Origin: Ramazzottius varieornatus
Taxonomy: Eukaryota; Animalia; Tardigrada
Direction: 5' to 3'
Assembly: GCA_001949185.1 (NCBI GenBank)
Contig: BDGG01000003.1
Location: forward strand, 128,679 to 192,678
Length of the DNA: 64,000 nucleotides
Each line of letters begins with the position of its first letter. Position 1 is the stretch's first letter. The notes beneath the pieces are model-generated. The model was not told the DNA's origin. It did no database searches and saw nothing but the letters and a program-made list of their open reading frames with translations. The position numbers were made by a program, and so were the translations under genes. Positions 52,321 to 64,000 of this stretch are shown one piece after another.

Positions 52321-52860
52321 TAAACTTTGTTTCATCTGCCCATGGGTGGTACTTTTGGCCTCCTGGCCGCTTCATCGTCCAATTTTTATGGAATCTTCAA
52401 TGGCCATAAGTCTTAGATCAGTTTTTAAAAGTAACTTGCCGTTTCAGAAGGTTGAGATCATCCCGCTACCGGGGAAGATCAGCTGATAGATCTCTGACGT
52501 ACTCACCCCAAGGATGTACAATCAGGTAATCAACGACAAGCTAGCGTGACTGTGTGTGATATTTCACATGTACGGCTCACTGAATGACAGCTGATCGTTG
52601 ACTGCCGCGTTCTTGCAACCCGGGACTGATTCACGCGTACGATTGTGTGGTGGATCGTACATACCGGGGATCAGAGATCCTATCAGCTGATCTTCCCCGG
52701 TAGCGGGATGATCAAGAGCTCATCTCAATCTTCTGAAACGGCAAGTTACTTTCAAACACTGATCTAAGACTTATGGCCATTGAAGATTTCATAAAAATTG
52801 GATGATGAAGCGGCCAGGAGGCCACAAGTACCACCCATGGGCAGATGAAACAAAGCTTAC
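52321..52860. repeat. Long inverted repeat (~180-bp arms, ~170-bp spacer)
   Basis: 52321-52497 is the reverse complement of 52671-52860; the ORF track shows near-identical peptides (KLCFICPWVVL...NLPFQK) on opposite strands. Confidence 0.9.
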
Positions 52861-53147
52861 CATTCGCAACTCGGAGCCGAAAACAAGGCAGTTTTGGGTG
52901 TTCGTAATGATGATACTGCCAGTTGATTTGCAGATCAAGCTGCATGAAGGTTACATGATCGTGAGGACGAAACACTGATCTCCGTAAACATTCAACTTAT
53001 CGAAATCGAGTTAGTCGGAAATAAGTTATGAATTTTGAACAAAGACGGGGATGGACAGATAAGTATGGAACTCAGTGTGGAACCTCAAAACTGTACGCAG
53101 GCTTCCGCTGATGAAATATAAAAATTTAGCAACGCGAAACTCTACTC

Positions 53148-55486
53148 TAGAGACCGGGATCTGGCCGCATACGCTGCACTGCGCTGCAGCTGCGCTGCGC
53201 AGCAGTGCAGTTACAGCGTTCACTTTGGCGTTTGTGTGCAGCGCAGCGCAGTATGCAGCGTGTGGCAAGCTAACGCAGCGCAGCTGCAAACGGCACAAAA
53301 AGACGGTTTTCGGTTTTCGAACTGAGAATCTCCCGGTTGGTGGCCGTTATCAAACCCTTGCTTACTAGGTGTTTTCTGCTTGCTGATAAAACACCGACTG
53401 GTCGCGCAAGCTCGCCCCGAATAGTGCTTTACCAGTGATAGTGTTTTAAGCGCCTGGTAGTTAATCTGTCAGTGGAACCGGAAGTCTCGGAGTTCGATAA
53501 AGTTACTTCTGTAGAAAGTTTCTGCGGACTTTGTTGTGGACTGCCTTTTGTTAGCCTTGATTAGAGCTCTGATGGAGGATGCTGCCCGACCCAACTACAG
53601 TGAGCCAGTACGTCGGAAAAGAAGCCAAAGCCATCAGGGAATCTCTCCTTGAGGAAGTCAAACCCATCCTACGACTTCGCGGTGGAGGCATAACGCTTGA
53701 CTTTTGGGGAGAAGAGTACACTAAAGTGTCGTACTTAGGTAAGAGGAACTGTTGATTGTTTTTGGGCAGCAGGATTACACCATTTGCAGTCTGTATGAGT
53801 GGCATAGGGCTTTCGTTTTTGCGGGCTGTACTGTGCAGTATATGTTCGGCGGATCGGAGCTCCGGAAAAGACTTTTGTGTAGCGAATGGGACACCGTGGA
53901 CAGAAAAACGGGCGCGGCTGTACAAAAGTTCATTTTCAGCAAACTTCGAGAAATCGGCTTGTGTGAGGAAGAGCTGAAGCTGTGCACCTCTGTTACGGAT
54001 CAAGACGGAAACATGAAAGTAGTTTTTCGTAACTCGGGCTTCGAGCGCATCAACTGCGCCGGACATCTTCTTAACACCTGTTCGCAAAACTGCCTCAAAT
54101 CCAACCCGAAAAGTCAGCATCCCATGCCTGCAGAAGCCTTACCAGTTCTTGCTTTAGTTAACCAGGTCAAGTCCCTCGTTACACACTGTAAGCAAGGTGG
54201 TATCAGTCGGCAGCTTAAAACAACGTTGAAGCAACACTGCGAAACCCGGTAAGGCCGAACCGAGGCCATGATATTAGAGCTCCAATTCATGTTTCCAACA
54301 CCTAGTATGAACTGGAATTTATTTTTAGGTGGAACACCCACGTCGAAATGTTTGCTTCGGTTGTGGCTGTCTACGAGCAGCTTGAAGACCTCCTTGCTGA
54401 GCGAAAGGAGTCTCATCTTTTTCCGAGTAGGCAGAAAATACAAGAGTTTCGCGACCTGTTTGAGCCTGTACGGGATGCTACATTCCTTCTTTCGGCTTCG
54501 AAACGTCCAACAATTCATCTCGTGGTTCCAGCGTATCTCGAACTGAAGCGCCACTTCAAGGATCAGGTGCCGTCTGACTTTCCGGAAATTAGAGCCTTCC
54601 AGAAACATGTCGAAAACGTTTTCAACAAGAAGCTCGAGATTGATGAGCTTCATAGAGTGGCCGTCTTTCTGGATCCCTCCATGAAGCACCTTCAGTTCCT
54701 AACTGCGACTGAACGAGTAGCTGTTCTCAAGCGAGCGATGGAAGAAGTGCAGAAAATTCCACAGCCAGAAAAGACAGGAGCTCTGATAGTAGAAGGTAAA
54801 AGCCATTATGCCGCGCACTGAGTCACGCATTTCGTTAAAAACTACATAGCGAAAAAAGGAGAGCTCTAATTTGTCAATACTTCTCACTGTAACATTTGGA
54901 CATCAAATCTAACCTGAACAGTGATCAGTGCAGGAGAATGGCTTTTACTATTCGACTGTCGCAGTAGCTTCAAGAGGCAGTACCAAGTTCAACGTGAAAG
55001 CCTTGGCCAAGTATTCTGCCGACAATCCCATCGGGAACGAAGTCGAGCGCTATGCGAGTTTGCCCAGTCCTCCCGAAAACCAAGATGTCCTTAGCTTTTG
55101 GACAGAGAAAGAGAATGACTTTCCTCGTTTGAAGTGCTATGCGCTGCGAATCCTTTCTGTATCTGCCACTAGCACACCTTCCGAACGTTTGTTTAGCAGA
55201 TCTGGAACTGCTGTATCGGAGAAGCGTACAAATTTAGCTCCTCAAACTTTAAGCGATCTCATGGTTGTCCAGTCTAATTTTGAATTTGAGAATGTCTAAT
55301 TTTGTATTTGGGAATTTTAAGTTCGAAATTGAACCGCAGCGCAGTTGCCTCGCACGTACAGTAAGGTGCAGCGCAGCTGCACCGTCGGTCCAGTCCAGAT
55401 TCACGCAGCGCAGCGCAGTTGCCGAGTACCAGAAAAGGGCGCAGCGCAGATGCAGCGTACTTTTTGACCTGCGGCCCAGGTCTCTA
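53148..55486 (+). mobile_element. hAT DNA transposon (2.34 kb), probably internally deleted
   Basis: Perfect 8-bp TSD CTCTACTC (53140-53147 and 55487-55494). TIR TAGAGACCGGG / CCCAGGTCTCTA. GCAGCGCAG subterminal arrays. Encodes transposase segments. Confidence 0.95.
53579..55299 (+). pseudogene. hAT transposase, N-terminally incomplete, intron-containing
   Basis: LPDPTTVS, TLDFW (first D), VTDQDGNM (second D), CAGH (CxxH), ETR|WN split by intron 54249-54328, FLDP, and C-terminal dimerisation region FW...FPRL...SATSTPSERLFS (E). No BED zinc finger seen; frame near 53770-53885 is unclear. Confidence 0.85.
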
Positions 55487-55859
55487 CTCTACTCTAATTA
55501 ACATTAGCATCGCTGTTGAAAGCACGACTATGTCACTGGCCGGAGATTTGCACAGTGTAATCGATCGACCACAACTGCCACATGGCTGCTTTGCACAAAG
55601 CCCCAAAAACATGGACGAGAACAGACTCTTGCTACCTTGAACGCTAAGACTAATGTTCTTTCATATTCCTACACCTACGGTAAGCGTAGTTCAAGTAAGT
55701 TGGCTGAGTGTTCGTGTTCGGATGGAAATGATCTTAAAATCGCCAAGAACAGTGCCTCGCGCGCCAGCACCTGGAAGCGGGGTCACGGCGGGAGTAGTCC
55801 GCTTGACGTTCGATGTACACAAAGATGGAGCAAGGCACAAGGTCAGACGGACACCCCGA

Positions 55860-57720
55860 TCAAGCTTGTTCATGGATAGACTGGCCATCTGCTACCAATT
55901 GGCTCCCAGGAGGATAACCTGCCTGAATTCCTGGTTGAATGTATATCTGGGGTACAGGATAGAAGAGGCTCATGTTTTGCTGCTTGAACTTGCTGAGCAC
56001 AACGAGGAACACGACCTGCAACCACGATCCATTACGAAATTGATCTTGAAACAGATGAACTGCAATATAAAGCTGATAGTTTGGGGATCGTGAACCCACA
56101 TATGTGACAAAGATGACCAAGTGGATGGCTCCGGGAATATAAAGCGCGGGTTGGTCCACATCGAACGCCGCTCCAAATGCGACGTACAATGCCCCTAATA
56201 GCAGATGTCCGCCAACTCCAAAACCTGTTATGATCGTCCAGAAAGTCGCATATATCCTAACGTACTACAGAGAAAAGCGAGTGTCAAACGAATAATATTA
56301 CAGAGTGCAAAGAACCAATATTATTAGCCAAAGAACAAATTAAGTCTTACCTGTTTGATCCCATAATACAGTAGAATCCCAGATGCTATGGGTGAGCAAG
56401 GATCCGATCAACCACCAAATCGCCATGTAGTATTCCCGAGTCCCCACCCATCCACTGAATAAATCGACCAAATACGCATAGGTGATCAGTAATAGAAGAT
56501 CGATTGCCTGTAAAACGCAGCTAATGCAGCATTTGTCTGTAATTCCACCGGCGAAGTGCGCCAGTTTTCCCTCGTTCTTGCCTGGCTGGTAGATTACTTT
56601 GCATGATGCAACTATAAACTAATCATCCGATGGGCCGACTAGGTACGAAAGAAGTTATTCGGAAGGCATCGAACGAAATTGCTGGAAATTTCGATTTTAT
56701 GGGGCTTTTTCGTAACCATGACTGCAACGTTAGCCTTGATAGTAGTGGTGTATTTGGGTGGATCATGATCTGTCTCCTTTCAGGTCTTGAAGGAGCTCAA
56801 TGTATTCAGATTTGGCGAATTAGGGGATCAAAGAAAGAACAGCGGAGAAAGTAAAACGGATATTATCGGATGGAATATTGCTCGTGGTGGTACTGGAGAG
56901 AGGAAAGTTTCGGGCTCTACAGCAGAAGTTTGTGGTTTGGGAGTGGTAGTTACAGGACCAGTTGGACCATTCTTCATGGTCTTCGTCCGGAACTGGTATA
57001 TGACATATAAACAGGCCACCTGAAAAAGCAAAGGTGGATGGTAACGTCAAATGTGCGAAATGCCGGTATACTGATTCTCTCTACATTATCCCGTCAAACA
57101 AGACTCGGTGGAAGACAGATCACTGCACACGCACACCGAGATCGCGGTGCTTAGAAGTTGGAGAATTCCAACCACTTGGAACCAGTTGAGTTGCCTTGCA
57201 TGCACATATGCCGTGTCTAGTGCCTGAATCGCCATGATGGAATGAGCCCCGCACAAAGCCGTCATCCCGATGATCCATATGGTAACGAACTTTCGGTTGT
57301 TCTGTAAAGTTTATATGCTATGTTTTGGCCTTTACGATGGGCTAATGACGAAATCCCAACGGTACGAGGCAAAATGAGTAAGAGTACACTACCAATGGTC
57401 ACGCCGACGTACAGTAACACACCCCCACCCGCAGGTAGGATGGCAAATATCAAGGCAAAAGCCATGAAAACCTTGTACTCTAGAAATCCTGCCGGCGCTG
57501 CAATGCTGAATAGTATGACAAGGATGAGACCTGCCGCCTGTAAATGCATCGCGATTTGTTTGGAAACTGACCATGAAACTCCGGCTGTGCAATACTGTGA
57601 GCTGACGATACTTACCATGAGGAAGATCGAGATTGCTCGACATGTCCTTGGTGCGGGTTGGTAGTCCTGTATACGCAAACTCTGTTTGGCTTCCTGATAA
57701 TGCCGCACTTCCGCTTCCAT
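55860..57720 (-). CDS. Putative tandem pair of small multi-pass (about 4TM) membrane proteins, possibly degenerate
   Basis: Hydrophobic exon-like segments with GT-AG borders. Similar motifs AGGGVLLYVGV and IASGILLYYGI, each followed by a Pro-rich tail. Models incomplete. Confidence 0.35.
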
Positions 57721-58646
57721 CCGCAACGGTCAGCTATCTTTTGGTTTGCATGCTAAATAGTACAGCGTAGTTCAGTAGTGCACGCTGACTCCAGCGAACT
57801 GTGTAGCATACAAGCTTCTTCACGGTAGTATAATTTGTGCAAACGAGCTCTCTACTTTTCTCAGGACAAAGACGAGATGGCTATGCTAATCTCGATGTTA
57901 CCATGACAGTCAGCGGGACAACACTTTTACTGAAACACGTGGACTAATACAGTGTCAACTGCAAGCATGCACGGGCATATGATTCCCAATGACGAATGCG
58001 CCACTTCAAAGTTCTTCTTCTTCAACACTGAACCCTTTCTTGTTTCGTTCAATCTGGAAGATCTTATATCCACCATGGAAGTTAGTAGTGGGCGATAGTT
58101 TACTCGAATGTAGGTACGTGCTTAGTCTGCTCAGTGGAGAAACGCCCCGCTAACAATGGTATTGCGCCATAATGCAGACAGGTCAACGTCTTGAGTAACT
58201 TAAACGTGAAGTGACAGGTGATGGCTATTGTGTGGACGAAGGACCTTGAGAGTCGACCGGCGTATGGCGTGCGTACTGACACATTCACACGATGTTAACC
58301 GGGAAATCCTGTTTGAGAGGAGAAGTGTGAAAGGCCGCTCGAGCAGCCGGCAAGAACGCGCCAGAGAGCCATATTTGACCGGCAAACACAGAACATCAAG
58401 TTCATGCCGCGTTCTTGTCCACAGACGGACACTACCAAACCTGTGGGCTCTTGACAGTCCTCATCGGCGACGCGTCACTAATCGGCCATCTTGTCCTGTG
58501 AACACACGCATGGACTCTCACGCATCTCATCAACGTGTCTCTCAACCTCTCATCATTTTATAATATCAACATCTTGAAGATTCAGTCTTAAGAGCGCCAC
58601 TATTACTGTTCAGTTGTGCATCCGCGTCGCTTCCGTCAGTCAGAGG

Positions 58647-59657
58647 ATGAATTTACAATGGCCAGCCGTTGTGGTAGCGTTATGGAGCTGTGTGGGTACC
58701 ATGGCGCAACTGAGGAGTAGCGGACCATCAGCACCGGCTAAAGCATGTAGTCTGCATCAAGATGCGACGGATCTGGATTGTCCCTGCCGCTTCCGGGAAC
58801 TGCCCTGCAGAGTACCTGGATCGGTGTGCACGACTGGCTTCGTTCCAGGTGGCGCTGAGAACGAGCTGCGTTGTCAGTGTGCCGGGATGTACAACCGGGA
58901 AATGGATCGCTACTGTGTGGAAAGTAAGCGTACGCCTTGATTCTCTATGAAGATTATTTGCAATGCCACAAATCAGATTCTGTGGATGCCTCGAAATCTG
59001 TAAAGCCGTTTCCAGCTTGAGGGTAAAAAATGAAATTATAGTTTCTTCGTATTTTAACAATAATTACCGGTGGATCGGCTATAACATCGCTGAAAATCAA
59101 ACAACGTCTGTTTTGAGACGGAAACTAACTCTTGTCACGTTGCAGAGCCCATGTCGGATTTGGATCGGCCGGTCGTTTTGCCCGTAGAGCCGCTGGACGG
59201 TACCCACGACCTGGACCTGGACTTCGGTCTCCGCGCTGGCCCAAAGAAAAAGAAGCCGAAACGTCCAAGCGCCAAGAATCCACCCTTCCGCACCGTCATG
59301 GTCACATCCAACCCGCTATCCGCCCTTCCGGTTACCATGCGTCCCTTCCACAAACCCAACTACCAGAACGGCATGGGTGTCGGCATGGAAAGCCCTGCCC
59401 TCGACACCAGCTTCTCGCAACGAATACCGAAGCCTGCCTCACCTGTCATGCCAACCCTACCACCCCCACCGGTACTAACGGCAAAGAACACCGGCTTCGT
59501 CAATTTCAGCGGATTCCATAAGGGTGTTACGAACAAGAGACCAACCAAGAGTCCGAGAAGGACGACGAGGGCTTTGCCGAGGGCGGATGGCTCGATGGTG
59601 GTCAACGGATGGTACCCGGATATTTGGCCCGCCGTAGGTTTAAACTACAGCATCTAG
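58647..59657 (+). CDS. Secreted protein with N-terminal Cys-rich module and basic Pro-rich C-terminus
   Basis: Signal peptide MNLQWPAVVVALWSCVG and an 8-Cys module. In-frame intron ~58924-59145 leads into a Pro/Lys/Arg-rich exon. Confidence 0.6.
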
Positions 59658-61726
59658 CTGCATGCATGTAGGTATCCCCCAGCGCTCGCCAGAAATAACC
59701 GGTGTCTTACGCGGCAGATTAGCGCGGGGTTCCCACGAAAGTCCATTCAGTAGCTACCGTCGTTTATTGTACGGTTAATACTTTGGTTGCAGAGATCATG
59801 GAAACATTATCGGCAGGCCCGACGAGGAGCGTTTCTTGTCTGTTTTTCTCGCATGTGTGTTGCGTCTAGCTGATCCCGTGGCGACCTAGCGCTGTCACGC
59901 TTGTAGATTACTACATGCAAAGTACCTATTCTCAGCAGTTTTTCCTGGGTTTGTATGTCTTATGTGTTATTGATCTGAGACATTCTCGAGTTTCGATCGC
60001 ACGATTGCCTTACGGCAAAAATAAATTATTTCACTCCATTCGTTCAAAATCCGTGCACTGTTCGTTCACTTCTATTTGCCACCAGTCGAACCATCTATGG
60101 CACAGCTTGCCAGAAACGAAAGAAAGTGAGGTTATAGTCCACGGAGAATCAATTTTCTCGAAAATCAGCTATACCTGTGTTGAGTGTGTTCTGCCACAGA
60201 AAACGCACCACCTTTGCGAAAGCAGTTTCATAAGTCGGCCTGCATTGCCATCACTATCCATATGACCGAATGCAGCGCTCTGAAACACGTCTTGTATTCT
60301 TCGAGGTTCTGGAAGTTGTTTCTGTTTTCGAAGAGCACAAAGTGAGTGCTGAAGGTTGCTTCTGGTGTCGCGTTCGAATAAACAAACGACAAAAAGGTTT
60401 ATGGCGTGCCCTCCTGTGTTTATACTGGTATTGCCTTCCTAAAATGGACAAATAGTGTGCGAGGTAGCCGGCATGGAAATATCCAGGCTGATTTCAACCT
60501 TCACTGCTTCTAGCTACCTTTTCTTGGTTTCTAAATTGAGATAAACTTGTCCACATTCTTTTGAGACAAACCAGAAGTTCGTCAGTAGCAAGGCTGATGA
60601 GCTATGTTCCTTGGGAGGAAGGTAGGTCGGACGGACGCAGTGTTAAAGAGCCTATTCGACGTACTATGATCAAACAATCAGCCGCACGAGATTATGCTCT
60701 CCATGGATATTTCGTCCATGCCGAGAATTTTCACTGGGATATTTCCATGCCGGTCACCTCGTACGGATTTCGAACGAGTAGACGGTACAGCAAAAGTACC
60801 GCACATACCACATCCCACTGAACCGTTGAGCGTTTGCATCCAGTTCTGATGTAACTCCTTAGCTGCCGGCAATGATGTCATGGTGGGTGAAGTGCCGACA
60901 CAAGGCCTACACAGATATAATCGTGTTATGAGCTACACAGCAGTAATAGTCCTCCTCACGACAGGCCGTAAAACCCCGTTGATTGTGTTGATCTTGAAAG
61001 TGGATTACGAAGTTTCGCTTTCATGATAAGCAGTCCTCGAGTAGCTTATCTTGAACGCGAAAACGGATTATTCTCTGCACACTTGACTCAAAATTTCAAA
61101 TTCTCACTTCTCAGCTGATCTCTATCTGCAAAGTGCTTCACGTTGCGAGATACCGTTTCGCGTACGGGCTTCTTGATCCCTATTAGTGTCGGGAATAACG
61201 GAGGACAGACTAGCCAGAAAGAAAACCGTGAATTTCAACTTAGCCGGGAGGCAAAGTTTGCTTACAAACTTACCCCGCAAAACTCGCGTAATTCCGGTCC
61301 CGTTTCCGAGACTTGCGAAAAATCCAATCTTGCCTCACTCACGACTAATTTCCGTTGGTCAAGCAAACTCAAATTTTAAATCAACCGTTTGCGACATAAA
61401 CAGCTCGTCGTGAGGAGGACTGATGATGACTTGTGAGGATGCAGTCAAACTATCGGATTATGGAAACACATTTGCACGCCCCCGGTCAAAGGTTTCCATT
61501 GAAGCTCTACGTACCAGCTTTTATTGATAACTCATTGTGCTGGATGACCGAATAACCCAAGTGGAGATACCGAACAGACGGTGATGCGCTACAGCGTAGC
61601 TTGTGGGTTAGAAAAGGTACCACACTACTTGTTCTCTCGGTGTACACTTTTGCTACTCGTAAATCTGAGTTTGGGACAAGTTGTTCAAAATCTTCTGAGT
61701 TCCGGTCACTTTCCGAAACTGGAAAA

Positions 61727-62450
61727 ATGGCTTTCGGAATTTCCTACCGCTCAGCACTGGCCTTCCTGATCTTGACCAGTGTTATGGTCTATGGTAAGCT
61801 CTTGCCAGTGACTTTCATGGGAAGTAGTAATGTCTGGGTTTCTAATATTCGGATTTCTTGGTGACGCTTTTCCCTGATGTTGTAGCTTCGGCACTCAACT
61901 GTTACATGTGTAACGGTATGGCGATGCATGGTATGCCAGGAAAGTATTCGGACTGCACCAACAAAACGGCTTACCACTCTATGGGGTGCCCAGCATCCAC
62001 TAGCCGATGTCTGATGCTGAAAGGCCATCACTCCGTTCTCAACAAAACAACCAACAGCTTTGATTCCAACTTTAACGGTACGACCCTCCACTGAGTATCT
62101 TGATTGCTCCTTCGAAAACTTTTGGCTAACGGTTAATCTGTGTGGCCAACAATATTATTAGGAAACGGGGTATTAATGTTCTCGTAGGTACGGTACGGGA
62201 CTGCATGTCACCCAACAATACGGCCCTTTATTTCCCGACATCTCAGTTTCCGAATGGAGCGCCTACAAAGGACGGTTGTTACAACCATATGGTCTTCAAT
62301 CAACCAAGCGCTGGCAACGGCAGCCTGTCTTTCAATGGCACCCTGTGTCTTTGCTCGGAGAAAGAGTGTAATGCTGCGTATCGAACCGAACTGAGTGCGG
62401 TATTCTTCCTTACCTTAGCTATGGCCGTGTTCTCCGCCCTAAACCGCTAG
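61727..62450 (+). CDS. Ly6/uPAR (quiver/sleepless-like) GPI-anchored protein
   Basis: Three exons: signal peptide, LNCYMC...RDC...CLCSEKECN, and a hydrophobic GPI-type tail. Confidence 0.8.
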
Positions 62451-62900
62451 TAACCGCACGTTTTCCCCAGCATCGACACCCAGACAGGATTTGGCCTTTG
62501 TCTGCACTATCGATACACAGTAAAACTTTGATACGGTTATCCAATCGGAAATTCCCATAAAGTTAGCACATTTCTTACGACGTTTCCCTACGGGAAAAGA
62601 AGACCTCAGCCTTCAGAACCAGAATGCGAAAGGCACCTCCATTGTGCGTTATATGATAGGTTTTCAGTTGTTGACGCGCGACCAAAACTCGTTTTGGCAT
62701 GCTTTTGCCTTGCCGCAGGAGCCCCGCCATCGAATCCCGACCTTTTCCGCTCGTCGCCAAGTTGGGGACAGAAGGCGACCTTTCGCAACCCGATCTCGGT
62801 ACCAAACTAGCATCCTCTTTAATGTGGCCCTTTGCCATCACCAAATCCCTTACAGGCTACCGAACACCCGAAAATCGCTTTTTATTACTGCATTTTGCAG

Positions 62901-63943
62901 TTTAGGACGAGAGGATTGCCGATCCTTAGGTTCTCTTGTGAAACAGCTCGTATTATCTAATCAAATCGAATGCAGGTATGTTCTTGTAACGTAGACTTGC
63001 TTCGTGATAGTCGTTAGTGAATAACCACTCCTTGTGCAGATAAGGGACTGAGAATTTACAACAGTAACAACAATCTGGGTGACTTCCGGAATGCTGAGAA
63101 AGTGACGATATGGACAGCGCCTTCTACTGGTATGTGGAGCAACGGCGTGTGGGCTCCCGAGCTCCACCGCATCAATGGGCAGTTTTACGCGTACGTAGTA
63201 AGTTTAGCTGACAATGGTAACAACATCAATCACCGCATGTACGTCTTGAGGGCCGACGATAGCAATAATCCGATGGGGGCATATACTTTTATCGGAAAAA
63301 TTGCGGATGCGGGAAAGGATTGGTGGGCTATTGACGGGACTGTCATGCAGCATCGCAACGGCAGGAACTACTTCATCTATTCTGGCTGGGTAAAACGAAA
63401 ACTTCAACCGGGTCGTTGGTCCAAGTGGCGCACACCGTCAGCCAACAACAACGCAAACGTGCGCCGCTTGGGTAAATGGTCTGGGTATAAATCCGTTGTC
63501 GGCTAACAAATAAAAACTACACATGAATCCGCGTGTGGAATCTTACCGGGTTTCTCTCGACGAAGGATAAAGCGTACAACTACGACCCGATGGTCCAACA
63601 TCTGTTCATCGCCGAGATGGCCAGTCCAACTTCCATCGTCCCCGGTACAGCAACCTTGATCAAGAGCCCAGTTTTCCGTTGGGAGACTGACGGACAAGCA
63701 GTGGTCGAAGGACCGGCTGTAGTTGAACACAACGGATCGTATTATCTGTTATATTCGGCCGGCGCATCGTGGACAGAGTACTACAGCACGGGTGTGATGG
63801 CTCTCGACGGGAACTCGAACCCTTTGAACCCGGCCAGTTGGAAAACTACAGACCACACCATCTTCCCGCGCAACGAAGCTGATGGCGTGTTCGGACCTGG
63901 TCATGCATCCCCTAACGAACCTAATTTTACAAAACTACAGTAA
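62901..63943 (+). pseudogene. GH43 alpha-L-arabinofuranosidase-like glycoside hydrolase, bacterial type, with introns and premature stops
   Basis: Exons 62901-62975 (IADP*VLL*NSSYY), 63040-63389 (VWAPELH, NHRMYVL, WAIDG, YFIYSGW) and 63566-63943 (LFIAEM, VVEGP, YLLYSA, GVFGPGHAS). Stops TAG 62927 and TGA 62939; the last blade is missing. Confidence 0.85.
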
Positions 63944-64000
63944 AATACAAAGAAGGGTATTTTAGTGGGGATCTTCCAATGGCAGATATAGTGAAATTTC

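Noticed and set aside
62927-62941. Stop-codon reassignment or readthrough in GH43
   Set aside because: Other genes in the window use TAG and TGA as normal stops, and the gene is also 3'-truncated, so pseudogenisation is simpler.

Overview
This is gene-dense eukaryotic (animal, ecdysozoan) genomic DNA with short GT-AG introns and two N gaps. The compact architecture, an eclosion-hormone gene and foreign-looking UGT/GH43 loci suggest a tardigrade-like genome; this is inference only. Recognisable genes in order: ALAS (5' part), eclosion hormone, DNAJB12/14, NSF, a broken sulfotransferase-UGT chimera, SLC26A11-like transporter, FAM234-like protein, a single-exon secreted LRR protein, DFFB/CAD, GH18 chitinase with two CBM14 domains, a Ly6-like protein, NAA60, NUBPL, FICD, an orphan class A GPCR, putative 4TM proteins, a Cys/Pro-rich secreted protein, a second Ly6-like protein and a bacterial-type GH43 pseudogene with spliceosomal introns. 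DNA transposons are abundant: a 2.3-kb hAT element with a perfect 8-bp TSD, hAT and Tc1/mariner MITEs, a Helitron-like element, foldback elements and palindromic ~75-bp intronic repeats. The most notable observations are (1) a SULT gene cut before its last PAPS-binding motif and joined directly to an intronless plant-type (PSPG-box) UGT, (2) an apparently horizontally acquired GH43 that gained introns and then decayed, and (3) an SLC26 C-terminus and stop codon supplied by a dispersed repeat. I found no convincing wholly new multi-gene system. Exon boundaries were read by eye and are approximate unless stated.
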